From: an uncultured Gammaproteobacteria bacterium | GTDB taxonomy: Bacteria; Patescibacteriota; Microgenomatia; 2-02-FULL-39-11 | DNA length: 64,000 nt | NCBI GenBank assembly: GCA_964362665.1 | Contig: CAYIFB010000004.1 | Span: 13,349-77,348 of the forward strand | Reading direction: 5' to 3' | Shown: in pieces, positions 29,606 through 39,752 of the stretch | Position numbering within the stretch: position 1 is the first letter of the stretch | Layout of the letters: each line of letters starts with the position of its first letter | The notes under the pieces: generated by a model | Told to the model about the DNA's origin: nothing | Database searches by the model: none | Seen by the model: only the letters and a program-made list of their open reading frames with translations | Made by a program: the position numbers and the translations under genes

Positions 29606-30337
29606 AAAATAAACTTTTCCGAAGAGAAATAGAATTCCGATATAAAGACTAAATATTGCTGTTAAGGTACCTATTATTAGCCGTAAATTAGAATTTGTTT
29701 TTGTACTCAAATAACCGTAACTGATAATAATAGTGATTACTGAATTAGAAATCAATAATCCTAAAACAAATACAGCTACAAAGATGGCGCCCGTAAATCC
29801 ACCTCCAATACCGGCAGCCGTCACAAAAAGTAAAACCTGTGACGGAGTTTCTACTCCGATTCCGTGTATCATTCCTATCAAATAAGCCAATCTCAATCCA
29901 TAGGGATAATCATAATAAACTATTTCCTTTTTATGATGATGGCTGACTTTATTATGAAAAAATATATAAAATCGCTGAAGCAGTGAAAACAACATCATCC
30001 AACGGCTTTTCATTTTAAAATTCCTGCCGTGCAGATAAATGCTTACCAGAAGCCATAAACTGAGTAAGATTAAAGTTAGTCCGACTATCGGTTTCATCAC
30101 TCTATCCACCCAGCCTGGTAAATTTATACCGATAAGTACCGATAACAAACCTAAAACAATAATTACCGTCGCGTGTCCCAAAGCGTAAACTGATCCAAAA
30201 ATAATTCCTTGTCTTCTACTTTCACAAGATCCTGATATATCTGATATTGCCGCGATATGATCCCAATCAATTCCGTGACGAAGTCCCAACAAAAAACTTG
30301 ATGACAATAAAATTAAACTGGGTAAATTCAGGGGCAT
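29582..30337 (-). CDS. NiCoT/NicO-type nickel/cobalt transporter
   Basis: GLRHGIDWDHIAAI, GHA, His-rich loop HNKVSHHH, GMIHG.G.ET. Confidence 0.85.
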   Translation of the reverse strand: MPLNLPSLILLSSSFLLGLRHGIDWDHIAAISDISGSCESRRQGIIFGSVYALGHATVIIVLGLLSVLIGINLPGWVDRVMKPIVGLTLILLSLWLLVSIYLHGRNFKMKSRWMMLFSLLQRFYIFFHNKVSHHHKKEIVYYDYPYGLRLAYLIGMIHGIGVETPSQVLLFVTAAGIGGGFTGAIFVAVFVLGLLISNSVITIIISYGYLSTKTNSNLRLIIGTLTAIFSLYIGILFLFGKVYFLSALLGG

Positions 30338-30359
30338 ATTTTAGATTTAATTATTAATA

Positions 30360-30620
30360 CTAGCGGCTTTTCTTTTTGAGAGGAGACTTTTTTATATCTT
30401 CGTTTTTGGTAAATTCACCATCCAATTCTTCATCTGGAGTGATCAGGATAGAAAATAATATAAAACCGGCAAATATCGGCATAATCAATGTGAATCGTGT
30501 CACTTCATCTTTTACTTTGAATAATATTCCTATCGCCAAAATTACTGAGACTACAAACGCCCAAACCATAGCTTTATTATTGCTGTAAAATTTAAGCCAC
30601 CATTTTTTCATATTATTCAT
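30360..30620 (-). CDS. Small two-TM hypothetical protein
   Basis: 86 aa, two TM helices and a charged tail. Confidence 0.6.
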   Translation of the reverse strand: MNNMKKWWLKFYSNNKAMVWAFVVSVILAIGILFKVKDEVTRFTLIMPIFAGFILFSILITPDEELDGEFTKNEDIKKSPLKKKSR

Positions 30621-30654
30621 ATCCTATGATAGTAATGTATAATTGTCAAGATAT

Positions 30655-31515
30655 ATGAAAGCAGGATATGTAGCAATTATAGGCAGACCTAACAGCGGGA
30701 AGTCAACCCTTTTAAATAATATTCTGGGAAATAAAGTGTCGATCACCTCTCCTAAACCGCAGACAACCCGATTTTCAATTCAGGCTCTCTATGAAGACGA
30801 ACGGGGACAGATAATTTTTATCGATACCCCGGGTGTTTTTGGAAAAGTTAAAGATCCGGTGGCAGCCCGTATTAATCCCCAGACAGAACATACTTTAAAA
30901 TCGAAACCAAGCGTTATTGTTTATCTTGTTGATCATACCAGAGACCGGAATTTTGAGGAGAATAAAATTTTAGGCTTAGTCAGAAGAGTGGAAACCCGTA
31001 AAATTATGGCTGTTAATAAGATTGACGTCAAAAAACCCACCTTTTTCCCTCATTATAAATTTATGGAAGATGAGTTTGATGATGTCGTACAAATATCCGG
31101 GTTGAATAAAACTAATTTAAATCAACTATTGGAAAAGATTTTTATTCTATTGCCTGAAGGAGAAAAAATCATTACTGATGCTAATCCTGCTACTCCACTT
31201 CTAAATATGGACAGTAAGATGTTTATTTCAGAAATTATCAGGGAAAAAGCGTTTTTATTTTTACGTAAAGAAGTTCCATATACGCTAATGTGTATCGTTG
31301 ATGAAATTACATCTAAAAATGAAAAAACACTATACATCAAAGCACGGATTATCACTAACGACCAGAAATATAAAAGAATGATTATCGGCGAGAAAGGCAG
31401 GATGATTAAAGAAATTGGCATGGCCGCCAGAAAAGAATTACAGACAGCCACTAACAAAAGTATCTTTCTGGAGTTACTCGTAGAATCAAATCCTCACTGG
31501 CACGAAAGTTTATAA
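30655..31515 (+). CDS. era: GTPase Era
   Basis: GRPNSGKST, PQTTR, DTPG, NKID, KH motif IIGEKG..IKEIG. Confidence 0.96.
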   Translation: MKAGYVAIIGRPNSGKSTLLNNILGNKVSITSPKPQTTRFSIQALYEDERGQIIFIDTPGVFGKVKDPVAARINPQTEHTLKSKPSVIVYLVDHTRDRNFEENKILGLVRRVETRKIMAVNKIDVKKPTFFPHYKFMEDEFDDVVQISGLNKTNLNQLLEKIFILLPEGEKIITDANPATPLLNMDSKMFISEIIREKAFLFLRKEVPYTLMCIVDEITSKNEKTLYIKARIITNDQKYKRMIIGEKGRMIKEIGMAARKELQTATNKSIFLELLVESNPHWHESL

Positions 31516-32106
31516 GGAAGAATAATTCATCAAGAAATCCCGGCATTTAAAAAGCGCTTTTGCTCTGTGACTTATTTTATTTTTTTCTGACAAAGTAAGT
31601 TGTGCGCTGGTTTTTTTAAATTCAGGAAGATAAAAGACAGGATCATAACCGAAACCATTATTACCCCTTGGTATTGTATTAATAAACCCTTTACAAATTC
31701 CTGTAGCGGAAAATAATAATCCATTATGCGGATGATAAATAACCGCGACCGCCACTAATTGGGCTGTTCTTTTATCCCAAATTACCCCTCTCATCTCTTC
31801 CAATAACTTTTTAACCCTGTCTGTATCTTCTCCTTCTGCATATCGTGCAGATTTTATTCCGGGTCGGCCATCCAAAGCATCCACCTCAAGACCTGAGTCT
31901 TCTGCTAATGTAAGTAAATTATGTTCTTCGGCATAACATTTAGCTTTGAGAATTGCATTATCCATGAAACTTTCTCCGGTTTCTTCAACAGGATTATGTG
32001 CTGGAAAATCATTGAGACTGAGGATTTGAAATGGAATATCTTTTAAAACCGCTATGATCTCTTTGGTTTTACCCTTATTTAAACTTGCAATCAACAGTTT
32101 TTGCAT
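31510..32106 (-). CDS. rdgB: RdgB/HAM1 non-canonical purine NTP pyrophosphatase
   Basis: NA..KA, EDSGL.VDAL.G.PG..SAR, GFGYDP, SHR. Confidence 0.95.
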   Translation of the reverse strand: MQKLLIASLNKGKTKEIIAVLKDIPFQILSLNDFPAHNPVEETGESFMDNAILKAKCYAEEHNLLTLAEDSGLEVDALDGRPGIKSARYAEGEDTDRVKKLLEEMRGVIWDKRTAQLVAVAVIYHPHNGLLFSATGICKGFINTIPRGNNGFGYDPVFYLPEFKKTSAQLTLSEKNKISHRAKALFKCRDFLMNYSSL

Positions 32107-32108
32107 AA

Positions 32109-33521
32109 CTAAAGGATTTTTAACCGCCTTATTACTTCATCTTTACCCAATACTTCCATTGAATCATTAAGGGGAGGTGAAATTTTTTTACCGGTAATAG
32201 CGACTCTTAAAATCATAAAAAATTCGCTGTTTTTTATCTTTAATTCCTCCGCCAGATTTTGCATTGATTCTCCTATTTTTACCGCCTGCCAACTTTTTAA
32301 TTCCTGAAGTATTTCGGAAATTTTACTCATCAAGACACGTTTATCATCTAAATCAATTTCGTATATATCCGGAGGATGGAAAAAAAATTCGCAGAGAGGT
32401 AAATAATCAGAAAACTTCTTTATTCTTTCACGAATTAGCGGGATCGTTTTTTCAATTATATCTATCGGATATTTTTTATCGTAAAATTCCCAGATTTGAG
32501 ATTTAAGATTTGAGTTTTGACTTTTGCGAATATATTCTCCGTTCATCCAATCCAGTTTTTTAAGATCAAAACTAGGACCAACAGTTTTTACATCCTTTAA
32601 TTCAAAATATTGAATCATCTCATCTAATGTAAACACTTCTACATCATCAGTTTTACCCTGTCTCTTATCCGGGATTGACCAACCCATTAAAGCAAGATAG
32701 TTCAGGATAGCTTCGGGTAAATATCCCTGACTTTTATACCAGGAAGCCCAAACTGGGTTTTTTCTTTTAGATAATTTGCTGCGGTCAGGATTTCTCAAGA
32801 TTGGGGTGTGAGCAAAGACAGGCAATTCAAAACCTAAATATTTATATATCAGAATATGTTTGGGAGTGGAAGATAACCATTCTTCAGCTCTAATGACGTG
32901 TGATATTTTCATGATAAAATCATCCACCACTACAGCCAGATGATAGGTGGGAAAGCCGTCAGATTTCAAAAGTATTTGATCATCAATCAAACTATTTTGA
33001 AAACTTACCTTTCCCCGAATGAGATCATTAAACTCTGTCGTTCCTGTATCCGGAACGTTTAATCTGATCACATATTTTTGATCTTTTACCTTTGAGCTTT
33101 GATTTTTGTTATATTTGCATCTACCGTCGTAAAGAGTAGGTTTTTTTGCCGCGATTTGTTCATGCCGCATCTTTTCCAAATCGCTTGGCGTACAGTAACA
33201 ATAATAGGCATAGCCTTTCTTCACTAATTCTTCTGCGTATTGCTTGTATAGGTCAAGGCGTTCTGACTGGATATAAGGTCCGTAGGGACCACCGATATCG
33301 GGCCCTTCATCGTAATTTAAGCCAAACCAATTGAGAGTCTTTAATATCCTCTCCTGAGATCCTGGAATCAATCTCGTCTTATCTGTATCCTCAATTCTGA
33401 CAATGAATTTTCCCTTGTTTTTGCGTGCAAATACGAAATTAAGCAGAGCTGTATATACGTTTCCAATGTGTAAATCTTCCCCTGTAGGAGAAGGAGCAAT
33501 TCGTACTCTGACATTATTCAC
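32109..33521 (-). CDS. gltX: Glutamate-tRNA ligase
   Basis: RIAPSPTG, HIGN, RIEDTD, PTYH, KLSKR. Confidence 0.97.
   Translation of the reverse strand: MNNVRVRIAPSPTGEDLHIGNVYTALLNFVFARKNKGKFIVRIEDTDKTRLIPGSQERILKTLNWFGLNYDEGPDIGGPYGPYIQSERLDLYKQYAEELVKKGYAYYCYCTPSDLEKMRHEQIAAKKPTLYDGRCKYNKNQSSKVKDQKYVIRLNVPDTGTTEFNDLIRGKVSFQNSLIDDQILLKSDGFPTYHLAVVVDDFIMKISHVIRAEEWLSSTPKHILIYKYLGFELPVFAHTPILRNPDRSKLSKRKNPVWASWYKSQGYLPEAILNYLALMGWSIPDKRQGKTDDVEVFTLDEMIQYFELKDVKTVGPSFDLKKLDWMNGEYIRKSQNSNLKSQIWEFYDKKYPIDIIEKTIPLIRERIKKFSDYLPLCEFFFHPPDIYEIDLDDKRVLMSKISEILQELKSWQAVKIGESMQNLAEELKIKNSEFFMILRVAITGKKISPPLNDSMEVLGKDEVIRRLKIL
32493..32527. repeat. Heptamer tandem repeat inside gltX
   Basis: gatttga gatttaa gatttga gttttga cttttgc; encodes KSQNSNLKSQI. 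Confidence 0.65.
33075..33109. repeat. Second degenerate heptamer run inside gltX
   Basis: tttttga tctttta cctttga gctttga tttttgt; encodes NQSSKVKDQK. Confidence 0.5.
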
Positions 33522-33621
33522 ATTCGCTCCTGTCTATCGCTCAATGTAAACATATATTGATTCTATCATATGCTTTATTTTATACTAAATTAAAGAGTGG
33601 TTGACCATTCTTATAACGATT

Positions 33622-34686
33622 ATGTCCAGCCTGACCGAAATTTCTATCTATTCCAAAAAAATATTTGCTTTTATAATCGGATTTTTACTTTTTATAATCT
33701 TGCTTCGGGGAATTACTTCAATATTAATTAAAAATTGGAAAGCATCTCATCCGACACCAATTCCGGGACCCGATGTCAAATTTGATAAACTTCCCTCTCC
33801 CCAATTCCCTTTTAAACTTTCAACGTCCGGAATGCATTTTACCTTAGAAAATATTGAAGGAAAACCGCCGGAAACAACCTCTGCTGCAAAAGTTTACTCA
33901 ATACCTAAAACCGTTCCAAGCTTTCTGTCGGATGAGAAAGCCCAGAAATTTGCGATGAAACTAGGATTCACCCTTAGCCCTGATGATATAAGTTCAACTT
34001 ATTATCATTATACTGATCCGATAGACAGTAATCGGACGCTTATTTTTGATATAGCTAATATGAATTTCAAGTTGAAATACGATTATTCAAAAAATCAGTC
34101 AAAGGTTTTTGATCAGGGATCTATTTTAAGTAAAGAAAGAACGATTTCCGAGGTTAAAAACTTCATCAGATACAATAATCTATTTGATGATGCAATCCTA
34201 AATGGAATTATCACCACAAATTTCTATAAATTAGATCCTATTCAAAATAAACTTGTTTCATCTACCAGTTTGTCAACTACACAAGCAGTACGGGTAAATT
34301 TTAACAGAAACGACTTAGATAAAATGCAGATTGTCTCTCCGATTTTTGGTGAAAGTTATAATTATGCTCTTTACACCTTTTCCTCACAAATAAAACCTCC
34401 AATAATTGAATTATCTTATGCGTTTTGGCCTATTGACTATAATAAATATGCAACCTATCCGCTGCGCTCAGGTCAACAAGCCTGGAAAGACTTAATCGAC
34501 GGTTACGCTCTGGTTTCTAAAATGGGAAATAATAAAAAGGAAGATAATATCATCATTCGTAAAATTTATCTAGCCTACTATGATAGTGAAGAGCCACAAG
34601 CCTTTCTCCAACCGATATTCATTTTTGAAGGGGATAATGATTTTGCGGCATACCTTCCCGCTATTTCGCCTCAATGGTTGGAATAA
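33622..34686 (+). CDS. Membrane-anchored hypothetical protein
   Basis: Long ORF with N-terminal TM and Pro-rich linker; start taken as MSSLTEI (track start is 33601). Confidence 0.75.
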   Translation: MSSLTEISIYSKKIFAFIIGFLLFIILLRGITSILIKNWKASHPTPIPGPDVKFDKLPSPQFPFKLSTSGMHFTLENIEGKPPETTSAAKVYSIPKTVPSFLSDEKAQKFAMKLGFTLSPDDISSTYYHYTDPIDSNRTLIFDIANMNFKLKYDYSKNQSKVFDQGSILSKERTISEVKNFIRYNNLFDDAILNGIITTNFYKLDPIQNKLVSSTSLSTTQAVRVNFNRNDLDKMQIVSPIFGESYNYALYTFSSQIKPPIIELSYAFWPIDYNKYATYPLRSGQQAWKDLIDGYALVSKMGNNKKEDNIIIRKIYLAYYDSEEPQAFLQPIFIFEGDNDFAAYLPAISPQWLE

Positions 34687-35632
34687 GTTTATCTAAAGGA
34701 ACCCAATTATAATTAGTATAGATATAGTTAATCAATTTTTCAGTATCACCGAATCTATCTTTGCTTTTGAGTACGGCAAAAATTACTAAAGAATCATTCT
34801 TCTTCACCTCAGAAATTAGAATTTCGCCGGCATTTTCAGTCTGTCCTGTTTTTACCCCGGCCACTCCTGCAATTTTACCAAGCAATTCATTCACATTAAT
34901 CAGATCATGAAAATATGTATATGTCACATCAGACACTACAATTCTTTTGGTGCTGACGATTTTAGAAAATAGTTTATTGTTTAATGCATATAACGAGACC
35001 TTTACCAAGTCCTGTGCGGTGGAAAAGTGATTCTTATCATCAAAACCAGCCGGATTAGTAAAATGAGTATTGGTAAGGCCTAAATCCAATATCTTATTGT
35101 TCATTTTTTCGACAAACTTTGCTACTCCTCCCGGATAGTTCTCTGCTAAGGCGAGCGCAGCATCATTTGCAGAATGAATCAGCAACCCTTCAAGAAGTGC
35201 TTCAAAAGTAATTTTTTCTTTTTTGACCAGACCCATAATTCTTCCTTGAATATTATCTGACTGCACGATCAGAACATCATCAAGATTGTAATAATCCAGA
35301 GCAACAAGGGCTGTAACAATTTTGGTAGTTGATGCAGGTGAATATATCTCCCTTTCATTTTTAGAATATAAAGTAATTCCTGATGGAATATCTTTAATCA
35401 GTACAGCCTCTGCACTTATTAGTGGCAACTCGTTACTGGTAATTTTTACTGGAATTGGTGGCGGTTGCGGTAAACGATCATCTACGGGTAATGTTATTCC
35501 TTGAGCGAGATCTATGGGATGGGAATAGATATTTGATGAGGGGCTTAACAGCAAAAAAATTATTATCAATATAAACCATATAATTTTCCATTGATACTTA
35601 AAAATAGTGGGAATAAATTTATTTTTTGGCAT
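34661..35632 (-). CDS. D-alanyl-D-alanine carboxypeptidase (peptidase S11)
   Basis: STTK, SAN and KTG motifs. Confidence 0.92.
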   Translation of the reverse strand: MPKNKFIPTIFKYQWKIIWFILIIIFLLLSPSSNIYSHPIDLAQGITLPVDDRLPQPPPIPVKITSNELPLISAEAVLIKDIPSGITLYSKNEREIYSPASTTKIVTALVALDYYNLDDVLIVQSDNIQGRIMGLVKKEKITFEALLEGLLIHSANDAALALAENYPGGVAKFVEKMNNKILDLGLTNTHFTNPAGFDDKNHFSTAQDLVKVSLYALNNKLFSKIVSTKRIVVSDVTYTYFHDLINVNELLGKIAGVAGVKTGQTENAGEILISEVKKNDSLVIFAVLKSKDRFGDTEKLINYIYTNYNWVPLDKLIPTIEAK

Positions 35633-37019
35633 TTATGACTCTTATTCCTAATTCATCAAGCTGTTGAGAACCGGCCATGCTCGGAGCCTCCATCACAGAG
35701 GTGGCGCCTGATGCTGATGTTGGAAAGGCCATAACTTCCCGGACGCTCGGTTCACCAAGAACTGCCATCAAAAATCTGTCAATCCCCGGAGCAATACCTC
35801 CGTGTGGCGGAACTCCATAGGTAAATGCTGTTAGCATATGAGAAAATTGTTTTTTTTGCTCAGTTGTAAACCCAATTAGATCAAAGACTTTCTCCTGAAT
35901 ATCGCTTTGGTGAATCCTGATACTGCCACCTCCCACTTCATAACCATTCAAGACTAAATCATGCTGTAAACCTCTTACCTTTAAAGGATCGCTGTCTAAA
36001 TATTTAATATCATCGGGGTGAGGCGCGGTAAACATATGATGGGACGGTGCAAACTTTGCATTGCCTGAACCGTGAAAAAAATCTTCTTTTGACTGTTTGG
36101 CAAATAACGGAAAATCCAATGTCCAGGCAAACGCCAGTTCATCAGGATCTTTTTTATCACTTCGAAGATCCGGCTTGTCTGAACCATATTTTTGTATGGC
36201 ATCTTTATGAGCCAGTCTGGGCCAAGGCAACTTTGTAAAATGTTTATTGGGAAAAACTTCAGCTATAAGAGTGGTGAATAATTCTTCAATTAGGATCAAA
36301 ATATCTTCCTGTGATACAAATGACATTTCCATATCAAGCTGCGTGAACTCTCCATATGCTCTATCAGCTCTGGGATCCTCATCACGAAAACATCTGACAA
36401 TTTGAAAATATCTTTCTACTCCCGCTACCATTAATAGTTGTTTATACTGTTGGGGAGACTGAGGTAAGGCATAAAATTTTCCTTTTTGTAGTCGTGATGG
36501 AACAATAAAGTCTCGTGCACCTTCGGGAGTAGTTTTGGTAAGCATGGGAGTTTCAATCTCTAAAAAATCTTTCTTCGTGAGAAAGTTCCGCATGAAAGTA
36601 GTTGTCTGTGAACGGAGTTGAAGATTTTTAAACATTCTACTGCGTCTGATATCTAAATAGCGGTATTTCATACGAACTTCTTCTTCAATATCATAACCGT
36701 CATTATCAATGGGAAAAGGCAATTCTTTGGATTTAGAAATTATTGTAAGTTTTAAAGTTTCTATTTCTACATTTCCGGTGGCTATTTTGGGGTTAACCAG
36801 TTTAGGAGGTCTCTCCTTAACTAATCCTTCAACTTCGATCACATCCTCTACACTTAATTGCGGAATTTCTCCGGTTATTACCAGCTGGATAGTGCCACTT
36901 CGATCTCTCAAATCAATAAAAGCAATTTTTCCGTGATCTCGTCTTTTATTAATCCAACCAAGAAGTAGTACTTTTTCTCCGATTTTTTTGATAGTTTCGA
37001 TGATAAGTGTTCTTTTCAT
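35619..37019 (-). CDS. aspS: Aspartate-tRNA ligase (short form lacking the GAD insertion)
   Basis: RRDHG, PEGARD, LPQSPQ, FRDED, GGGSIRIH, PPHGG; 466 aa. Confidence 0.95.
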   Translation of the reverse strand: MKRTLIIETIKKIGEKVLLLGWINKRRDHGKIAFIDLRDRSGTIQLVITGEIPQLSVEDVIEVEGLVKERPPKLVNPKIATGNVEIETLKLTIISKSKELPFPIDNDGYDIEEEVRMKYRYLDIRRSRMFKNLQLRSQTTTFMRNFLTKKDFLEIETPMLTKTTPEGARDFIVPSRLQKGKFYALPQSPQQYKQLLMVAGVERYFQIVRCFRDEDPRADRAYGEFTQLDMEMSFVSQEDILILIEELFTTLIAEVFPNKHFTKLPWPRLAHKDAIQKYGSDKPDLRSDKKDPDELAFAWTLDFPLFAKQSKEDFFHGSGNAKFAPSHHMFTAPHPDDIKYLDSDPLKVRGLQHDLVLNGYEVGGGSIRIHQSDIQEKVFDLIGFTTEQKKQFSHMLTAFTYGVPPHGGIAPGIDRFLMAVLGEPSVREVMAFPTSASGATSVMEAPSMAGSQQLDELGIRVINAKK

Positions 37020-37026
37020 ATCCGTT

Positions 37027-38220
37027 CTAATGATTATATTTTTCTAATGCCATACCTAACAGTCTTATAGCTCTTTGCAGCTTGTCTTCGCTCAAAACAT
37101 AAGCAATGCGGATTTTATCTTTACCTTTTTGCGGATCTTTATAAAAACCGGTTGCCGGCGCGATCATCACAGTTTCACCGTGATCGGAAAAATCACTAAG
37201 TAAAAATTCAGCAAATTTATCGCTATCCTTAACTGGGATTCGTGGCATAATATAAAAAGCCCCTTCGGGAATGACGAAAGAAACTCCCTTAATCTTACGA
37301 AGCTCCCCGACTACCATATCTCTCCTTTTTTTATAATTTTTTTTGACTTGTTCCGTATACTTACGGGAGTTAGATAATACCGGAATAAGAGCTAACTGGT
37401 CAACTGTCGCTACTGACAGCCTGGCTTGAGCAAAACGCATGATAGCACTCATCACCTCTTTATTCTTACTGGCTACACAGCCAATTCTGGCTCCGCAGGA
37501 ATTAAATCTTTTGGAAACGCTGTCGGTAATAATCAGTTGATTATGAAGTTTAGGTATAGACATAAAAGGAAGAACTTTCTTATCGTCAAAAACGATTTCC
37601 TGATAGGTTTCATCAGAGATAATGAAAAGATTGTGTTTCAGTGCAATATCAGCAATCATTTTTACCTCGTCAGGTGTATACATGGTGCCGGTTGGATTAT
37701 TAGGGTTGCAAAGTACTATCCCGCGGGTTTTTTTGCTTATTGCTTTTTCAATTACTGTTTTTGACGGAAGATGATAACCGTTTTCAACTTCCGTAGGCAG
37801 TGCTTTCAGAATAACATTGCCCATAGCAGCCATAATGGCATAACTGGTATAAAAAGGTTCAAAAACTAATAATTCTTCTCCCGGATCAGCTACCGTCAAG
37901 AATGCCATTATAAGTCCTTCTGATCCACCACTCGTTACAATAATTTCATTGTCATCAAATTTTACTGATTTATCGTGGTAAAATTTTTGCCAGGCGGCTA
38001 TTGTCTCATGCATTCCTTCAGATGGAGCATATTCCAGAGTATCGAGTGCAAATTTTCTTATCGCGTTAATGATCGGTTTGGGGGTTTCCAAATCCGGCTG
38101 TCCTATATTTAAATGGTAGACTTTTATACCTTTTTTCTTTGCTTTATCTGCCAGTGGAACCAGTTTCCTAATAGCTGAAGCTGGGCTGTTTAAGGCTCTA
38201 ACTGAAATATCAATTTTCAT
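37027..38220 (-). CDS. aspC: Aspartate aminotransferase (class I/II PLP)
   Basis: LNIGQPD, NPNNPTG, DETY, S.SK.....G.RIG; lies between ppcA and aspS. Confidence 0.85.
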   Translation of the reverse strand: MKIDISVRALNSPASAIRKLVPLADKAKKKGIKVYHLNIGQPDLETPKPIINAIRKFALDTLEYAPSEGMHETIAAWQKFYHDKSVKFDDNEIIVTSGGSEGLIMAFLTVADPGEELLVFEPFYTSYAIMAAMGNVILKALPTEVENGYHLPSKTVIEKAISKKTRGIVLCNPNNPTGTMYTPDEVKMIADIALKHNLFIISDETYQEIVFDDKKVLPFMSIPKLHNQLIITDSVSKRFNSCGARIGCVASKNKEVMSAIMRFAQARLSVATVDQLALIPVLSNSRKYTEQVKKNYKKRRDMVVGELRKIKGVSFVIPEGAFYIMPRIPVKDSDKFAEFLLSDFSDHGETVMIAPATGFYKDPQKGKDKIRIAYVLSEDKLQRAIRLLGMALEKYNH

Positions 38221-38249
38221 AATTGCCTCCTTGATAAAATTCTAATTAA

Positions 38250-39752
38250 TTAACCTAAACTCTTTCTTAGACTTCCTGCTAAAGAAATAAGATTAGTAGG
38301 ATTAGCTCTACTTTTTAATCTATTATAAATAGTCTCAGATAATTTGCAATGTTCTTTTTGAATATCGTCTTGAGGGCCAAGTGTAATCCCTAATATCTTT
38401 TCTATCTCCATCACATCCTCAAAAATATGCTTAAAGGCAGGTATATCAGAAGCAAGTCGCGCCAGATTATTTTTATTTAAAAAATTACCTGCTTTAATGA
38501 TGTCTTTTTTTAGGTTAACATAATATCGGAATATTTCTTCTGTCAGTCCGATTTCTTTTGCTTTTTTTAAACCTCTGCCTGTGGCAATAATTTCCGGAGG
38601 AATTCCTAAAGAATAAAGAGAGGCTGTGAAGGTAATCGCCCGGGGTAAATGTACTTTTCCCACTCCTCGGGAGTAACCAAAAAGACCGATATGTTGGACT
38701 CTTTCCCTTCTTTTTGCGACAAATAAACTCATTGAATTAATAAGAGGAGCTAATTTCTCAACTGTTTCTCTATATGGAATCTCAAAAAATGGAATTATTT
38801 CGAGAAGTTTCTTTTTAGTTCGTGTATCAATTTGATCTGCAACTCCTTTTGGTAATTTTTGTTTCAATACTTTTATAGCTGCCTGTACCTTCTTTTTGGG
38901 AAAATCATATCTGAATGCACTTTGTATAATCATTGTCTTAATTCCCCGATATTCATTCAGTACGTCTGGAATGTTAAGCGGAGACACCGATCCTCTGAAA
39001 GGAAGTGTCCCTGTACCAACCATAGGAAAAAGTCTAACACCTGTTTCGTTCTCTAAATCCCTGAATTGCGACAACGCTATTTTTAAAGCTAACATAGTGG
39101 GTACAAGTGACGAATTAAGCGCCGGATCGCTTCGGGCGCAATAAGGTCGCAGATAGTCCGGAAATTTTCCGAATTTGGCTTTATGAAGTTTAAAATACTC
39201 CCTTAAAATCTTTGAAGATCTGGTAATCACGTCCACCTGCTCGAAAAGGGGAATAATTTCGATGGATTTAATGGAATCATTCATCTTCAATAACCTATGT
39301 TCTATGCCGACAATTTCCCGGAAAGCTTCCTGAATATCAATGATTTCTTCAGCAGTTTCGGTCAAGGGAAGAATTGTTTCAAAAATTGGAGGATGTGTGA
39401 AACCCAAACTTTGTGCCAATTGACTACTGGTAATCATGACCATAAACGCTCTAGCCAATCTGAATTGTTTTTCCACGCGGGGATTAGGTATGCGAAAAGT
39501 CAGAAATTTTTCTATTCCCAAAGGATTTTTTTTGAAATAGTTGTAATATTTGCTGAGAAGTCTGTCAACCACTGCTTCATCAACAAATTTTCCCTCCCAA
39601 TCCCAGTTATATTCATCCATCTCAAGATCTGAAAAACAGAGATAACACTCTTTCAATTCCGCAAGTGTTGATATGAAGGCACTGCCCTGCCAAAAGGGTT
39701 TTCCCGCATTATCTGGATGCTGAGTTGCCATGGTTGTAGGAATTTTTCTCAT
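38250..39752 (-). CDS. ppcA: Archaeal-type phosphoenolpyruvate carboxylase
   Basis: MATQHPDN, WDWEGK.VDE, IIPLFE, ARSDPA, PFRG, QSAFRYD, HIGLFGYSR, PRAI; about 500 aa. Confidence 0.93.
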   Translation of the reverse strand: MRKIPTTMATQHPDNAGKPFWQGSAFISTLAELKECYLCFSDLEMDEYNWDWEGKFVDEAVVDRLLSKYYNYFKKNPLGIEKFLTFRIPNPRVEKQFRLARAFMVMITSSQLAQSLGFTHPPIFETILPLTETAEEIIDIQEAFREIVGIEHRLLKMNDSIKSIEIIPLFEQVDVITRSSKILREYFKLHKAKFGKFPDYLRPYCARSDPALNSSLVPTMLALKIALSQFRDLENETGVRLFPMVGTGTLPFRGSVSPLNIPDVLNEYRGIKTMIIQSAFRYDFPKKKVQAAIKVLKQKLPKGVADQIDTRTKKKLLEIIPFFEIPYRETVEKLAPLINSMSLFVAKRRERVQHIGLFGYSRGVGKVHLPRAITFTASLYSLGIPPEIIATGRGLKKAKEIGLTEEIFRYYVNLKKDIIKAGNFLNKNNLARLASDIPAFKHIFEDVMEIEKILGITLGPQDDIQKEHCKLSETIYNRLKSRANPTNLISLAGSLRKSLG

